Shown one piece after another: positions 25,498-34,928 of a stretch of DNA of 64,000 nucleotides. Source of the DNA: a virus. The translations under genes and the position numbers were made by a program. The notes under the pieces were generated by a model that did not search any database, was not told the origin of the DNA, and saw nothing but the letters and a program-made list of their open reading frames with translations. Every line of letters begins with the position of its first letter. The first letter of the stretch is position 1. The stretch covers positions 32,001 to 96,000 of IMG/VR virus record IMGVR_UViG_3300042296_000700, one strand, 5' to 3'.

Positions 25498-26775
25498 ATG
25501 ATTGATGCAACAATTTTTCGTCCTGTTGGCGCACCCCCACCAGGTTACCCTTACGCCCAAGCAATAAATTCATACGGCAATATAGACATGTTGAACCGCC
25601 CTAGAATTGTTAATGCGGACGGAAGTATTTCAACTGTTCGCAGTATAAGTATTTCGGAAAGTATTACTCGTGGTGACACAAAGTTTACGATTCAAGTATT
25701 GATTCCTACAGTTTTTAAAGATGGAGTCGTTTCTGACGCAGTTGCTATAAGCAGGTATAAAAAAAGCGGTGAGCATCTTGGGAAGTTTTCTACCGTAAAA
25801 GACGTTAATCGTTATTCCATTATGTTGCACGATATGGAAGAAGCAAGAATTAATGGCGAAGAATACGAACAAAAATTTTCTAGTCCTGACCAGACCGCCA
25901 TTTATGATGCGGTAACTTCATTCAAAGTGAATTATGCGTTGACTGCTGGCGCGGAAATATCTGTTGATTTTGCCGACTATCAAGGACAGATGTTCCTAAA
26001 TAACTATTTTCAGATTGGTACACAATACTTTTATCGCGAAGAACCCTTTCAGATGGCATCTGTTGAAGTCTCGCAAGGAGAAGGTGAATACTGGAATGTT
26101 ACGTGCAAACTGCGCACATGGCAACAGCAGCAGATGAAGGAAGATTTACATCCAGAAGTGTTGAAATCTGCTAACGGCTACGATTTTGCTAAAAAACTTG
26201 CTGACAAATATGGATTAAAATTTATTGGTGAAGAAGTTAAAGGTAAACAGCAGGAAATAAAAGTCAAAACTAAAAATAATAAAGAAAGTTCATGGGATGT
26301 ACTTCAGCGTAGTGCTGGAGATAATCAGTATTATGCGTTTATTGCGCAGGGTTCTTTGTTTTTTTGTAGTCCACTTTTCCTGTTGGGTCAATGGGGTATT
26401 GACGAAACGCCTGGTGTCAAAAAAAAGTTGATTCGGTACGTACCTCTCGTGTATCCGACACCAGAATCTGAAACACGTTTTCTTCTTATGGGGTTGCCTG
26501 AGATGCGTTCTTCGTTTGACTCTCCCAAAGAGGCTGAGGGTAGCGCGATGTTGTGGCGTGATAATGCAACACAACTTCGTGCTGGGATGACGGTGTATGT
26601 TAAGCAAATGGGTATTTATGACGGCGCATATATTATTAGTTCGGTTGATTATGCTGAAGGTCAGCCCGAGCCTGTTTCTATCAGTTTTGCTACTGTTACA
26701 AAATTGGCTGATGAGGATAAGAAAAAAGTTGATGAAAAAATTTCAGAAACTACCGTTATTAGTGGGGCGAAATAA
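25498..26775 (+). CDS. Baseplate hub (gp27/gpD-like) with extra N-terminal domain
   Basis: FAKKLADKYGL, ESSWDVLQR, LRAGMTVYV..G.YDGAYIISSV; N-terminal GNIDMLNRP...DGSISTVRS domain. Confidence 0.72.
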   Translation: MIDATIFRPVGAPPPGYPYAQAINSYGNIDMLNRPRIVNADGSISTVRSISISESITRGDTKFTIQVLIPTVFKDGVVSDAVAISRYKKSGEHLGKFSTVKDVNRYSIMLHDMEEARINGEEYEQKFSSPDQTAIYDAVTSFKVNYALTAGAEISVDFADYQGQMFLNNYFQIGTQYFYREEPFQMASVEVSQGEGEYWNVTCKLRTWQQQQMKEDLHPEVLKSANGYDFAKKLADKYGLKFIGEEVKGKQQEIKVKTKNNKESSWDVLQRSAGDNQYYAFIAQGSLFFCSPLFLLGQWGIDETPGVKKKLIRYVPLVYPTPESETRFLLMGLPEMRSSFDSPKEAEGSAMLWRDNATQLRAGMTVYVKQMGIYDGAYIISSVDYAEGQPEPVSISFATVTKLADEDKKKVDEKISETTVISGAK

Positions 26776-26777
26776 TT

Positions 26778-27065
26778 ATGGCTTATGATTTTCTTAGTGA
26801 ACCGCAGTTTTATGGTGGTGGAGGAAGCGAGCCTCAGGCTGCTGGTCTTCATATTGGTATCGTAAAGACTGTTAGTTCAGCCACCAAATCTGTGATGGTT
26901 CTTGTCCCTACTATTAACGAATCTGACATGATTGGTCCTTGTCGTATTGTTGTGCCTTTGGTTTCTGGTGCGACAGTTGTTATGCCAGCAATCAACTCAA
27001 AAGTTGTTGTTGGATTTCTTGACGGTAGTTATGACCAGATGGTCTGTTTCGGGAAACTGCTTTAG
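26778..27065 (+). CDS. Short baseplate spike protein (gpV/gp5 OB-fold only)
   Basis: GIVKTV...VMVLVP...MPAINSKVVVGFLDG. Confidence 0.72.
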   Translation: MAYDFLSEPQFYGGGGSEPQAAGLHIGIVKTVSSATKSVMVLVPTINESDMIGPCRIVVPLVSGATVVMPAINSKVVVGFLDGSYDQMVCFGKLL

Positions 27066-27103
27066 ATAATGAAAATACTTGATTGTTGTGAGAGAATTGA
27101 TTG

Positions 27104-27406
27104 ATGGACACACTATTACTACCCATGTCTTTTAGTTCTGGGCAAGCAAAAGTTCTAACTGACGGTACGGATGAGTATTACGCAACATTACTGTCAAGAC
27201 TTATGCAGATTGAACCAGGCGAATACCCGATTTCAATCTATTTTGGTGTCCCAGACCCCACATTTAGCAACATTAATCGTGCATCACTTGTAGAATTGGC
27301 TTCACAGTTTGTCCCTGAAATTGATATATCTTCTATTGAAAACACGATTGACGAAGATAATCCAGGCGAAGAAACTCTACTCATCTTCTTTGAGAGGGCA
27401 GAATGA
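27104..27406 (+). CDS. Baseplate wedge protein, gp25/gpW-like
   Basis: IEPGEYP...FGVPDPTF...FVPEI. Confidence 0.75.
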   Translation: MDTLLLPMSFSSGQAKVLTDGTDEYYATLLSRLMQIEPGEYPISIYFGVPDPTFSNINRASLVELASQFVPEIDISSIENTIDEDNPGEETLLIFFERAE

Positions 27407-28731
27407 CATCCCCAGATTTTAGACAATATATTGACTTAACCGTCTTTGACACAACACCACAAAAACTGTATGACGATTCCGTAACATACGCACAGACAGC
27501 AATGCCAGAGTTTGACCCACGTATTGGAACAATTGAAGACGCCCTATTGCAGTCAATGTCCTTCGTTGGTGCGGTTCTTGCCACTGGAATCAACAGGCTT
27601 CCAAACGGTTTAATGGAAGGCATTTTGCGTCTTGTTGGATTCACTCGGAACGAAGCAACATTCGCTACAGGTTCAGTACTAATAACAACAAGCATTAACA
27701 CTGGAGCAGTTATTCCTGCTGGCACCGTCGTTACATACGACGTGCTTGACGGGGACATTGTTACCTCTTATCCGTTCGCCACCGATACCGACTTAATCAT
27801 CCCATTAGGTTCAGACAGCGGAACGATTGCCGTTACCGCCACTACAGCAGGAAAGTATCCTTCACTTCTTTCAGGGCAAGCACTGACACTCGTGTCACAA
27901 GTTCAATATGTGTTGACTACAGCATTGACCGCCGACATAGCCGTTGGTACTGACACAGAAACACAAACAGCATACTTTAATCGTGCCTCACAATATCTTG
28001 CATCTTTAAATACGACTCTCGCCACAGCGTCACATATGACAAACTATATTAGTTCAAACTATACTTCTGTTCCAGTTTTTAAAGTCTATGATTTAATGAA
28101 CAGTTCAAACATGTTGTTTGCGACCGCAGACGCACCAGGCTATGTCACCGTTGCTGTCTGCAACACGGACGGTGCTGCTTTAACTACGGACGTCAAAAAT
28201 GAACTTGATGCAGACTTGGAAGACAAGTGTGTTGCTGGGTTGGTTATAGACGTTGTCAACATGCTGAATTTTGGTGTCACAGTAACCATTGCCATAGATG
28301 TTTTGGACGGCTTCACTCCAGCGACAGTTCAAGCAGACGTTGCCACAGTCATTGAGTCATACCTAAGTTATACGGGTTGGGATTTTAGCGAAACAATCAA
28401 CAAAAACATTTTAATTGCCAAAGTGTCTCAAGTTTCTGGCGTAAAATTTGTTTCATCTTTATCTATAAATACAACAAAAACAGCAGGTAGTTTTGTTACT
28501 GGAACTAGTTATACTATTGCTACTGCTGGTACCACAAACTTTACGTTAATTGGCGCAGCAAACAACACTGTTGGCACCGTTTTTACCGCAACTGGTCCTG
28601 GTGCTGGAACTGGCACGGCAACCGCCACTTTCACTACACCCGAAATAGTGAGCAGCGTGGCAACTGGCAACATCACAATTCTTCGCGCTGGCTTAATCCC
28701 AGTTGGAGACGCAGAAGTAACGGTTATCTGA
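27403..28731 (+). CDS. Baseplate J-like protein
   Basis: ATFATGSV, VIPAGTVV, VTATTAGK, GTDTET..Y..R, PGYVTV, QVSGVKFV. Confidence 0.9.
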   Translation: MTSPDFRQYIDLTVFDTTPQKLYDDSVTYAQTAMPEFDPRIGTIEDALLQSMSFVGAVLATGINRLPNGLMEGILRLVGFTRNEATFATGSVLITTSINTGAVIPAGTVVTYDVLDGDIVTSYPFATDTDLIIPLGSDSGTIAVTATTAGKYPSLLSGQALTLVSQVQYVLTTALTADIAVGTDTETQTAYFNRASQYLASLNTTLATASHMTNYISSNYTSVPVFKVYDLMNSSNMLFATADAPGYVTVAVCNTDGAALTTDVKNELDADLEDKCVAGLVIDVVNMLNFGVTVTIAIDVLDGFTPATVQADVATVIESYLSYTGWDFSETINKNILIAKVSQVSGVKFVSSLSINTTKTAGSFVTGTSYTIATAGTTNFTLIGAANNTVGTVFTATGPGAGTGTATATFTTPEIVSSVATGNITILRAGLIPVGDAEVTVI

Positions 28732-28733
28732 CC

Positions 28734-29969
28734 GTGGGACTAACAGTTAATACCCTTGCATCGGATGATTCAAACTTTCTAGCCTTGACCGTACCTACAG
28801 CATGGACTGTAGTAAATGGTGCACTAGGAATTGACCTCAACGAATACAAGAATGTTGGCTCAGGTTCTTTAAAACTAACCCCAAGTAGTGCTTCTCCTGT
28901 AGTTAGGTTTAACTATGACTTGGCGTCACTCACGGCGATAACGACAGCAGATTTTATTGGCGACAGAGCAGAGTCGTACGTATGGATAAGGGCAACAAAG
29001 AACGTAACTATCACCCCAATGATAACTTTGACTCGCGTAATGGCTGGCACGCCACAAGCGGAGGACATAATCACTGATACGGGCAGTTCAGTAAACATCA
29101 CTTCTGGTGAATGGTATCTCGTACGCACTGACCCTTTTGATATCCCGCTATCTCCCGCGAACGCGCACTATAGGGTTACTTTGCAATATACATTTTCTTC
29201 CCCAGAGTACGCAACAACATTTATTTACATTAACAAGCCTACTATTTATAATCAACTGGCTTTTTTGCGTAACTTTTATGTTATGGATGTTTGGGATTTC
29301 TTGCCCCAAATTTTTATAGACAACGACCTTGAAACGCCACTACCCAGTTATCCGATGATTCGCCTAGCAGAAATTGGTATGTCGGCACATGGCATTCTCT
29401 ATGACCTCGCGCGCGGCTTTCAGTACAACGACATCTCAGAAGGCAAGGATGCGACAGACGCTGAAACATTGAGTCTGCTGGTTGAACCTGACAGAGTTCC
29501 ACGTGAATATATGCCTTGGCTCGCCCAGTTCACAGGAACAAAACTCCTCAACCCTGTCGCTGGTGGTACCCCGTGGGCTAACTTGCCAGCAGGATGGCAA
29601 GGTATTGACGCTATTGACGTAACAGTAGACGCAAACGACTCTGTTGCGTGGGGTGCTCTGCAAGGGTTTGCACCAGAAATTGCTGGTTTGGATGAGTTTT
29701 TCCAATGGCAAATTGAGACTGGATATTACGGTTACGCGGCGGGTTCTATTGCGGCTATTCGTGAGGCTACAAAACGTGTTCTTACTGACACCAAAACATG
29801 CACTATTACTAAACGTTATACGGGTTCACCGTGGAAAATATTGATTGAAACAAAACTTGCGGAGACTCCTGACGCGACGACAGTCGGGCAGTCCATAGAT
29901 GAGATGCTTCAATTAATGGAATTATCTCGCCCACTTGGTGTTTCTCTCACTCACGCCATAATCGCATAG
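28734..29969 (+). CDS. Baseplate wedge / tail protein I-like with N-terminal beta-sandwich
   Basis: PDRVPREYMPWLAQFTG, GSIAAIREA, RPLGV. Confidence 0.75.
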   Translation: MGLTVNTLASDDSNFLALTVPTAWTVVNGALGIDLNEYKNVGSGSLKLTPSSASPVVRFNYDLASLTAITTADFIGDRAESYVWIRATKNVTITPMITLTRVMAGTPQAEDIITDTGSSVNITSGEWYLVRTDPFDIPLSPANAHYRVTLQYTFSSPEYATTFIYINKPTIYNQLAFLRNFYVMDVWDFLPQIFIDNDLETPLPSYPMIRLAEIGMSAHGILYDLARGFQYNDISEGKDATDAETLSLLVEPDRVPREYMPWLAQFTGTKLLNPVAGGTPWANLPAGWQGIDAIDVTVDANDSVAWGALQGFAPEIAGLDEFFQWQIETGYYGYAAGSIAAIREATKRVLTDTKTCTITKRYTGSPWKILIETKLAETPDATTVGQSIDEMLQLMELSRPLGVSLTHAIIA

Positions 29970-30013
29970 TTGTATAGTTGTATACTTAAAGAGTATCTGC
30001 TTAGGAGAATTGA

Positions 30014-31504
30014 ATGACAGCCATACAAACCGACCGTCTTGCACTCTATAAATGGGAAAGCAGCAACGACGAGTTCACCCGCGTGCAGATGAACGACACC
30101 CATGAATCATTAGAATTCTTGGCAGCCAAATTCAGCACTGGTGCAGGAGCGCCAACATCAAGCACCACCGCAGATACTAAAGCATTCTACTGGGATACAA
30201 CAAGTGGTTCCTTATATTTCCGTGGAATAGTGGTCGGTGGCGTTGCCCCAACGTGGACACAACTCTCTCACAGTTACGCCACAGCAACACAGATACAAAA
30301 TACTACGGCGACTGCTGGTAGTGGCGTAAGCCTTGCTCGCGCCAACCATGTTCACTCAGTTGAAACAGCAACAGCCGTTGACATCAACGCTGCTTCGGGT
30401 ACTGGTAGCGGCACTGCTCTTGCTCTGGCTAACCACACACACAAAATCCCACCACTATTTATTACCGATGCGATGATTTCTAATACTGCGGCTATCGCAT
30501 CAACAAAAATTAGTGGCGCTGTTGCTTCTGCCACATCGTGGGCGACTGCACGAACAATCAACTTGGCGGGAGATTTAACTGGTTCTGTTTCCATTAACGG
30601 AACTGCAGACGTCACGCTTACAGCAGTTGTTGTTGACGAAAGCCATGCTCACGCATCCCAATATCAGCCTGTTGACGCCGACTTGACGGCGCTTGCAGCA
30701 CTCGCCACTACAGGAATGGTTACGCGAACCGCAGCAAACACTTATGTTCCAAGAACAATAGTCGTTTCTGGTACTGGTTTAACTATCACAAACGCAGACG
30801 GTGTTAGCGGAAACCCGACTATTGCTATTGCTACTGCTACATTAGCAACAGCAAACACTCTTGTTTTGCGTGACGGTACTGGTAGTTTTACTGCAGGAAC
30901 CATCACTGCTGCTCTCGCTGGCAACGCAAACACTGCCACAAAATGGGCTGCGACGCGGACAATCACTCTTTCAACTGATGCCACTGGTTCGGTAACTTTT
31001 GATGGTTCCGCTAACGCCACTTTGGCTATAACGGTAACTAACGCTGCACAAGCAACAAAACTTACTACCGCCCGCACAATCAGTCTCGGCGGTGATGCCT
31101 CTGGTTCAGTGTCTTTTGACGGAAGCAGCGCAACGAACACCATTACTGCGACTGTCGCTACGGCTACTGCTCTGCGTACTGCTCGTACGTTTACTTTTAC
31201 TGGTGATGTTGCTACAACGAACGCTGGTACGACCGATGTTACTGCGTCGTTTGACGGTTCGGCTGCACCTACATTTAACCTTAAAATCAAGAACGACAGT
31301 CACACACACAATACTCAGCACTACACCGAAACAGAAATTAACAGCGCAAAGTTGTACCAATACGGAAATACAACATCTGGACAAGGTGTCGGACTTCCAT
31401 CCGATGCGGCACGCACAACACCACGAGTATATGTTCAGGCAACAGAACCGACATACCCTGCTGGTCAAGTAGCCGTAACTGGTGACATCTGGTTCCAAAT
31501 CTAA
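30014..31504 (+). CDS. Tail fibre protein
   Basis: Repeated ARTI.L.GD..GSV.FDGS shaft motifs, ARANHVH/ANHTH, C-terminal GDIWF. Confidence 0.85.
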   Translation: MTAIQTDRLALYKWESSNDEFTRVQMNDTHESLEFLAAKFSTGAGAPTSSTTADTKAFYWDTTSGSLYFRGIVVGGVAPTWTQLSHSYATATQIQNTTATAGSGVSLARANHVHSVETATAVDINAASGTGSGTALALANHTHKIPPLFITDAMISNTAAIASTKISGAVASATSWATARTINLAGDLTGSVSINGTADVTLTAVVVDESHAHASQYQPVDADLTALAALATTGMVTRTAANTYVPRTIVVSGTGLTITNADGVSGNPTIAIATATLATANTLVLRDGTGSFTAGTITAALAGNANTATKWAATRTITLSTDATGSVTFDGSANATLAITVTNAAQATKLTTARTISLGGDASGSVSFDGSSATNTITATVATATALRTARTFTFTGDVATTNAGTTDVTASFDGSAAPTFNLKIKNDSHTHNTQHYTETEINSAKLYQYGNTTSGQGVGLPSDAARTTPRVYVQATEPTYPAGQVAVTGDIWFQI

Positions 31505-31509
31505 TAGCC

Positions 31510-31704
31510 ATGGGAACTTCACGAGTATTTTTTGATGGTGAATGGAAGCACATTCTGAATGCCTATGCGTGGCATGACGGCTGGGTTCAGGTAAAAGCAC
31601 TCCGCGTCATGGGTGATAGTGGATGGGTTCAAATCCAATTTGAAAACTCAACTGCTATTGCACCAATTGAAGAATGGCGCACAATGTTGGCGATGGCGGC
31701 GTGA
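31510..31704 (+). CDS. Small Trp-rich tail fibre-associated protein
   Basis: DGEWK/DGWV/SGWV repeats directly after the fibre. Confidence 0.6.
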   Translation: MGTSRVFFDGEWKHILNAYAWHDGWVQVKALRVMGDSGWVQIQFENSTAIAPIEEWRTMLAMAA

Positions 31705-31705
31705 C

Positions 31706-32038
31706 ATGTCTGATTTACAAAAGATTGATATTCAACTTGATATTGCTTTAACTTTAAGGCTCGTGTTGGCATTGATGGGATTTATGGCTTTTTCACAAAA
31801 CAGCATGATTATTCCAGGGTTTTTTGCACTCGTCGCTGTCGGTTTTGTTCTTTTTCATATGCTTGTAGGTGTTTATGTTGAGCATAAGCACATGTATCTT
31901 GCCGCTATGTGTATGTGGGCTAGTGCGAGTGTCGCAACCGCTGTTCATGGAGAGGCGGTTTGGCTTACTGTTTTGTTTGCCTGTTTATATTTATACGAAA
32001 TGTTGGTTCTCAATAAATGGGGTTACGTAAATGCCTGA
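31706..32038 (+). CDS. Membrane protein (about 4 TM)
   Basis: ATG 31706; four hydrophobic stretches. Confidence 0.7.
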   Translation: MSDLQKIDIQLDIALTLRLVLALMGFMAFSQNSMIIPGFFALVAVGFVLFHMLVGVYVEHKHMYLAAMCMWASASVATAVHGEAVWLTVLFACLYLYEMLVLNKWGYVNA

Positions 32039-32360
32039 CATGACAAATATAGTTGTTGTCTGTGGTTCGCTTGCTACAGCAGCAATTTCTTCGTTCGTTG
32101 TTTTACGCGGGCAGAAGTTAGCAGCAAAAGTTGACTTCAAAGGTGTTGAGAACGAGCAAGTCAAAACAATTTTTGATGGCTACGGAAGTATTGTTGACGA
32201 CCTACGGAATGAAGTTATGCGCCTCAAGGATGTGATTGAGGGACTACAATTAGAACAAGACGAATGTTTGAAAAAGAATAATGAACTTTTGGCTGAAGTT
32301 GAATTGTTGAAGCAACGCATTGACTACTTGGAGGTCGGAAATGGAAGAGTCGCTGAGTGA
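32031..32360 (+). CDS. N-terminal TM plus coiled-coil protein (lysis-accessory-like)
   Basis: Hydrophobic N-terminus followed by heptad repeats. Confidence 0.65.
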   Translation: MPDMTNIVVVCGSLATAAISSFVVLRGQKLAAKVDFKGVENEQVKTIFDGYGSIVDDLRNEVMRLKDVIEGLQLEQDECLKKNNELLAEVELLKQRIDYLEVGNGRVAE

Positions 32361-32592
32361 AGAACAGATACTCCAAAATTTTACTGAGATGGTTAGGGAC
32401 ACGCTTCCTAGTCGGGTAGTGACTAATTTTATTCTTATAGCCGAGGTTGTTGGTTCGTCTGCTAATGAATTGAGTATTGCGACTTCGGACGGTATGACGC
32501 CGTGGTTGGCTACTGGGATGCTCAGGGCTGGTATGGACATGATTGTTATGGGTACCGATGCTTTTAGCGATGACGAAGAATTGGATAGTTAA
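32341..32592 (+). CDS. Hypothetical protein
   Basis: GGAGG then ATG 32341; NFILIAEV...MTPWLATGML. Confidence 0.7.
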   Translation: MEESLSEEQILQNFTEMVRDTLPSRVVTNFILIAEVVGSSANELSIATSDGMTPWLATGMLRAGMDMIVMGTDAFSDDEELDS

Positions 32593-32677
32593 TAATTGTA
32601 TTGATTTTTACTACGTTGATATGGGTATGTTTACGCTGTTTTGTAGTCTAAAATCTAAATATTGAGTTCTTGGAGAA

Positions 32678-33055
32678 ATGATGATTGCAGGAAATTACAA
32701 CATACTGTGCGAACAGGGAGTTAGTTTTGCGCGCGTCATAGCACTTGAGCAGCCAAGGACACCAACGGAACAGAACCCAGCAGAATATGAGCCTTACCCG
32801 CTTGCAAACCATACGGCACGGATGCAGGTCAGAAGGACGATTGAGTCAACAACTCCAATGATTTCGTTGACAACAGAGAACGGCAGAATCAACATAAATG
32901 GTGGCTCTGGTTTCATAACCATCACCCTTAGTGCTGCGGATACTGCAGCCCTCACTTCTAGTGGGGTTTACGACTTAGAAATTATTAGTTCCACAGGAGT
33001 CGTGTCAAGAGTTATCCAAGGAACATTTACTCTTTCCATGGAGGTAACGCGATGA
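32678..33055 (+). CDS. Beta-sandwich virion protein (fibre attachment, LtfC/BppU-like)
   Basis: AGNYNI..EQG, TARMQVR, GVYDLEI...V.RVIQG.F..S.EVTR. Confidence 0.7.
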   Translation: MMIAGNYNILCEQGVSFARVIALEQPRTPTEQNPAEYEPYPLANHTARMQVRRTIESTTPMISLTTENGRININGGSGFITITLSAADTAALTSSGVYDLEIISSTGVVSRVIQGTFTLSMEVTR

Positions 33056-33366
33056 GCAATACGATTCCAAACAATGTAAATGTTTATCAAGATACCCCAA
33101 ACAAGGTAACCGTTGACCAAGATGCACCAAACCTTGTTGTTGTTCGCTCTAATTCTGCTTCAGGTGCATTTACAAACAGATATGAGTTCACTCAGCAAGC
33201 AGCAGCGGCAACATGGGTGATAACTCACTCGCTTGGAGGCAAACCAACCGTAACCATTGTGGACTCTGCAGATACACACGTATTTGGTGAGGTACAATAC
33301 AATAGTACGACTCAGGTCACGGTGACGTTCTCTGCGGCATTCTCGGGAAAAGCATATCTCACTTAA
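33052..33366 (+). CDS. Small virion structural protein
   Basis: WVITHSLG.KP.VTIVDS...V.Y...VTVTFS.AFSGKAYL. Confidence 0.7.
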   Translation: MSNTIPNNVNVYQDTPNKVTVDQDAPNLVVVRSNSASGAFTNRYEFTQQAAAATWVITHSLGGKPTVTIVDSADTHVFGEVQYNSTTQVTVTFSAAFSGKAYLT

Positions 33367-33378
33367 GGTAGAGGAAAA

Positions 33379-34674
33379 ATGGCTCAAAAATTTCTAACTA
33401 ATATTGACCTTAATCAGAACCAACTGATTAACGCCAAATTTGAGGCACTGGCTACCAACCCATCCTCAGGCAACTTTGAAGGTCGGATGTACTTCAATAC
33501 CGCAACATTCACCCTTATGGTGTATGCAAATGCTGGCTGGAAGAAGTCGGTTCATTCTATTGTTTCGGGTGGCGGCGCAGGCATCGCTGAAGCCCTTACG
33601 GTTTCTGAGTCAAACGGTACAGTAACTCTCACCCTTAATGTTGCTGATACAGATAGTGCTGGTTTGCTGCCTGCCGCAATGTGGAACATGCTTACGGACG
33701 CAACTCCTGACGCTACTTCTTCCAAGTTGGTTAAAAGAGACGGAAGTGGGAACGCCAAAGTTGCCACACCAACTGACCCTGCCCATATTGCTACCAAGGG
33801 TTATGTTGATGCTGCCCGCCAAGGTCTTGATGTCAAGCAGTCGGTAAGAGTTGCTACAACGGCGGCAGTTAACCTCGCCGCTGACCTACAAACTGGCGAT
33901 GTTATTGACGGTGTTACTTTGGCTGCTGGTGACCGCGTTCTTGTCAAGAATCAGGTATCAGGAAGCGAAAACGGCATTTATGTTGCTGTCGCTAGTGGTA
34001 CTGCATTGCGTTCATCTGACGCTAACGGCACTGTTGATACGGGAGAACTAAAGCCTGGAACTTTCGCCTTTGTTGAAGAAGGTACTGTCAACTCGGATAA
34101 GGGCTTTGTTGTTTCCACAAACGGAGCAATCACTATTGACTCTACGGCTATTGCGTGGACACAGTTCTCTGGCGCTGGCTCGTTTGAGGCTGGAGATGGT
34201 CTTTCCCAGAGCGGAAATACAATCAATGTCAACGTCACCTCAAACCGTACCGCGATTACTGCAGACGCTATTGATATTTCAGCCAACTATGTTGGTCAGA
34301 CATCAATCACGACACTTGGAACAATTACCACGGGTGTTTGGGATGGTACAGATGTAGCGGTTACTGCTGGTGGTACTAACTCATCCACAGCATCTGGCGC
34401 TCGTACAAACCTTGCCGCTGACGGCACACAGGGTGCTGGCGTATCCGTTCCTGTTTTGGCACGAGTTGTTGCAAAAGTAATCGGAGACGGCTCAGCAACA
34501 TCATTTGGTGTCCAGCACGGTTTTGCCACTCGTGATGTTCTCGTTCAAGTTTACGACGCAGCCACCTACGACACCGTAATTTGCGATGTAGTACGAACCG
34601 ATACAAATAACGTCACGGTGACGTTCTCTGTTGCTCCAACACTGAACAGTTACCGCGTAGTAATCACAGGATAA
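33379..34674 (+). CDS. Fibre/decoration structural protein
   Basis: ATKGYVD...GLDVKQSVRVATT, IDGVTL.AGDRVLVKNQ..ENGIY, AGDGL..SGN. Confidence 0.8.
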   Translation: MAQKFLTNIDLNQNQLINAKFEALATNPSSGNFEGRMYFNTATFTLMVYANAGWKKSVHSIVSGGGAGIAEALTVSESNGTVTLTLNVADTDSAGLLPAAMWNMLTDATPDATSSKLVKRDGSGNAKVATPTDPAHIATKGYVDAARQGLDVKQSVRVATTAAVNLAADLQTGDVIDGVTLAAGDRVLVKNQVSGSENGIYVAVASGTALRSSDANGTVDTGELKPGTFAFVEEGTVNSDKGFVVSTNGAITIDSTAIAWTQFSGAGSFEAGDGLSQSGNTINVNVTSNRTAITADAIDISANYVGQTSITTLGTITTGVWDGTDVAVTAGGTNSSTASGARTNLAADGTQGAGVSVPVLARVVAKVIGDGSATSFGVQHGFATRDVLVQVYDAATYDTVICDVVRTDTNNVTVTFSVAPTLNSYRVVITG

Positions 34675-34682
34675 GAGGAAAT

Positions 34683-34877
34683 ATGAAACTTACAGAACAA
34701 CACAAATCAATGCTTGCATCGTATGCTCGCACAGCAATCTCTGCTGGTATCGCCGTCTACTTGGCTGGCAATCATGACGCTAAAGCGATTGGTGCTGCTG
34801 CTTTTGCAGCCGTATCTGGTCCGTTAATGCGCTGGTTAAATCCAAACGACAAGGCTTTCGGGCGAGGCGCAGCCTAA
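34683..34877 (+). CDS. Small holin-like membrane protein
   Basis: SYAR...two TM segments...RWLNPNDKAFG. Confidence 0.6.
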   Translation: MKLTEQHKSMLASYARTAISAGIAVYLAGNHDAKAIGAAAFAAVSGPLMRWLNPNDKAFGRGAA

Positions 34878-34928
34878 TCACAATTTGACCTCGCGGGGTC
34901 AGCATCAACATAGGAAGCGATTGAGGTC

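Noticed and set aside
18457-29969. Bacterial contractile injection system or tailocin
   Set aside because: Portal, terminase, prohead protease and replication genes indicate a true phage.
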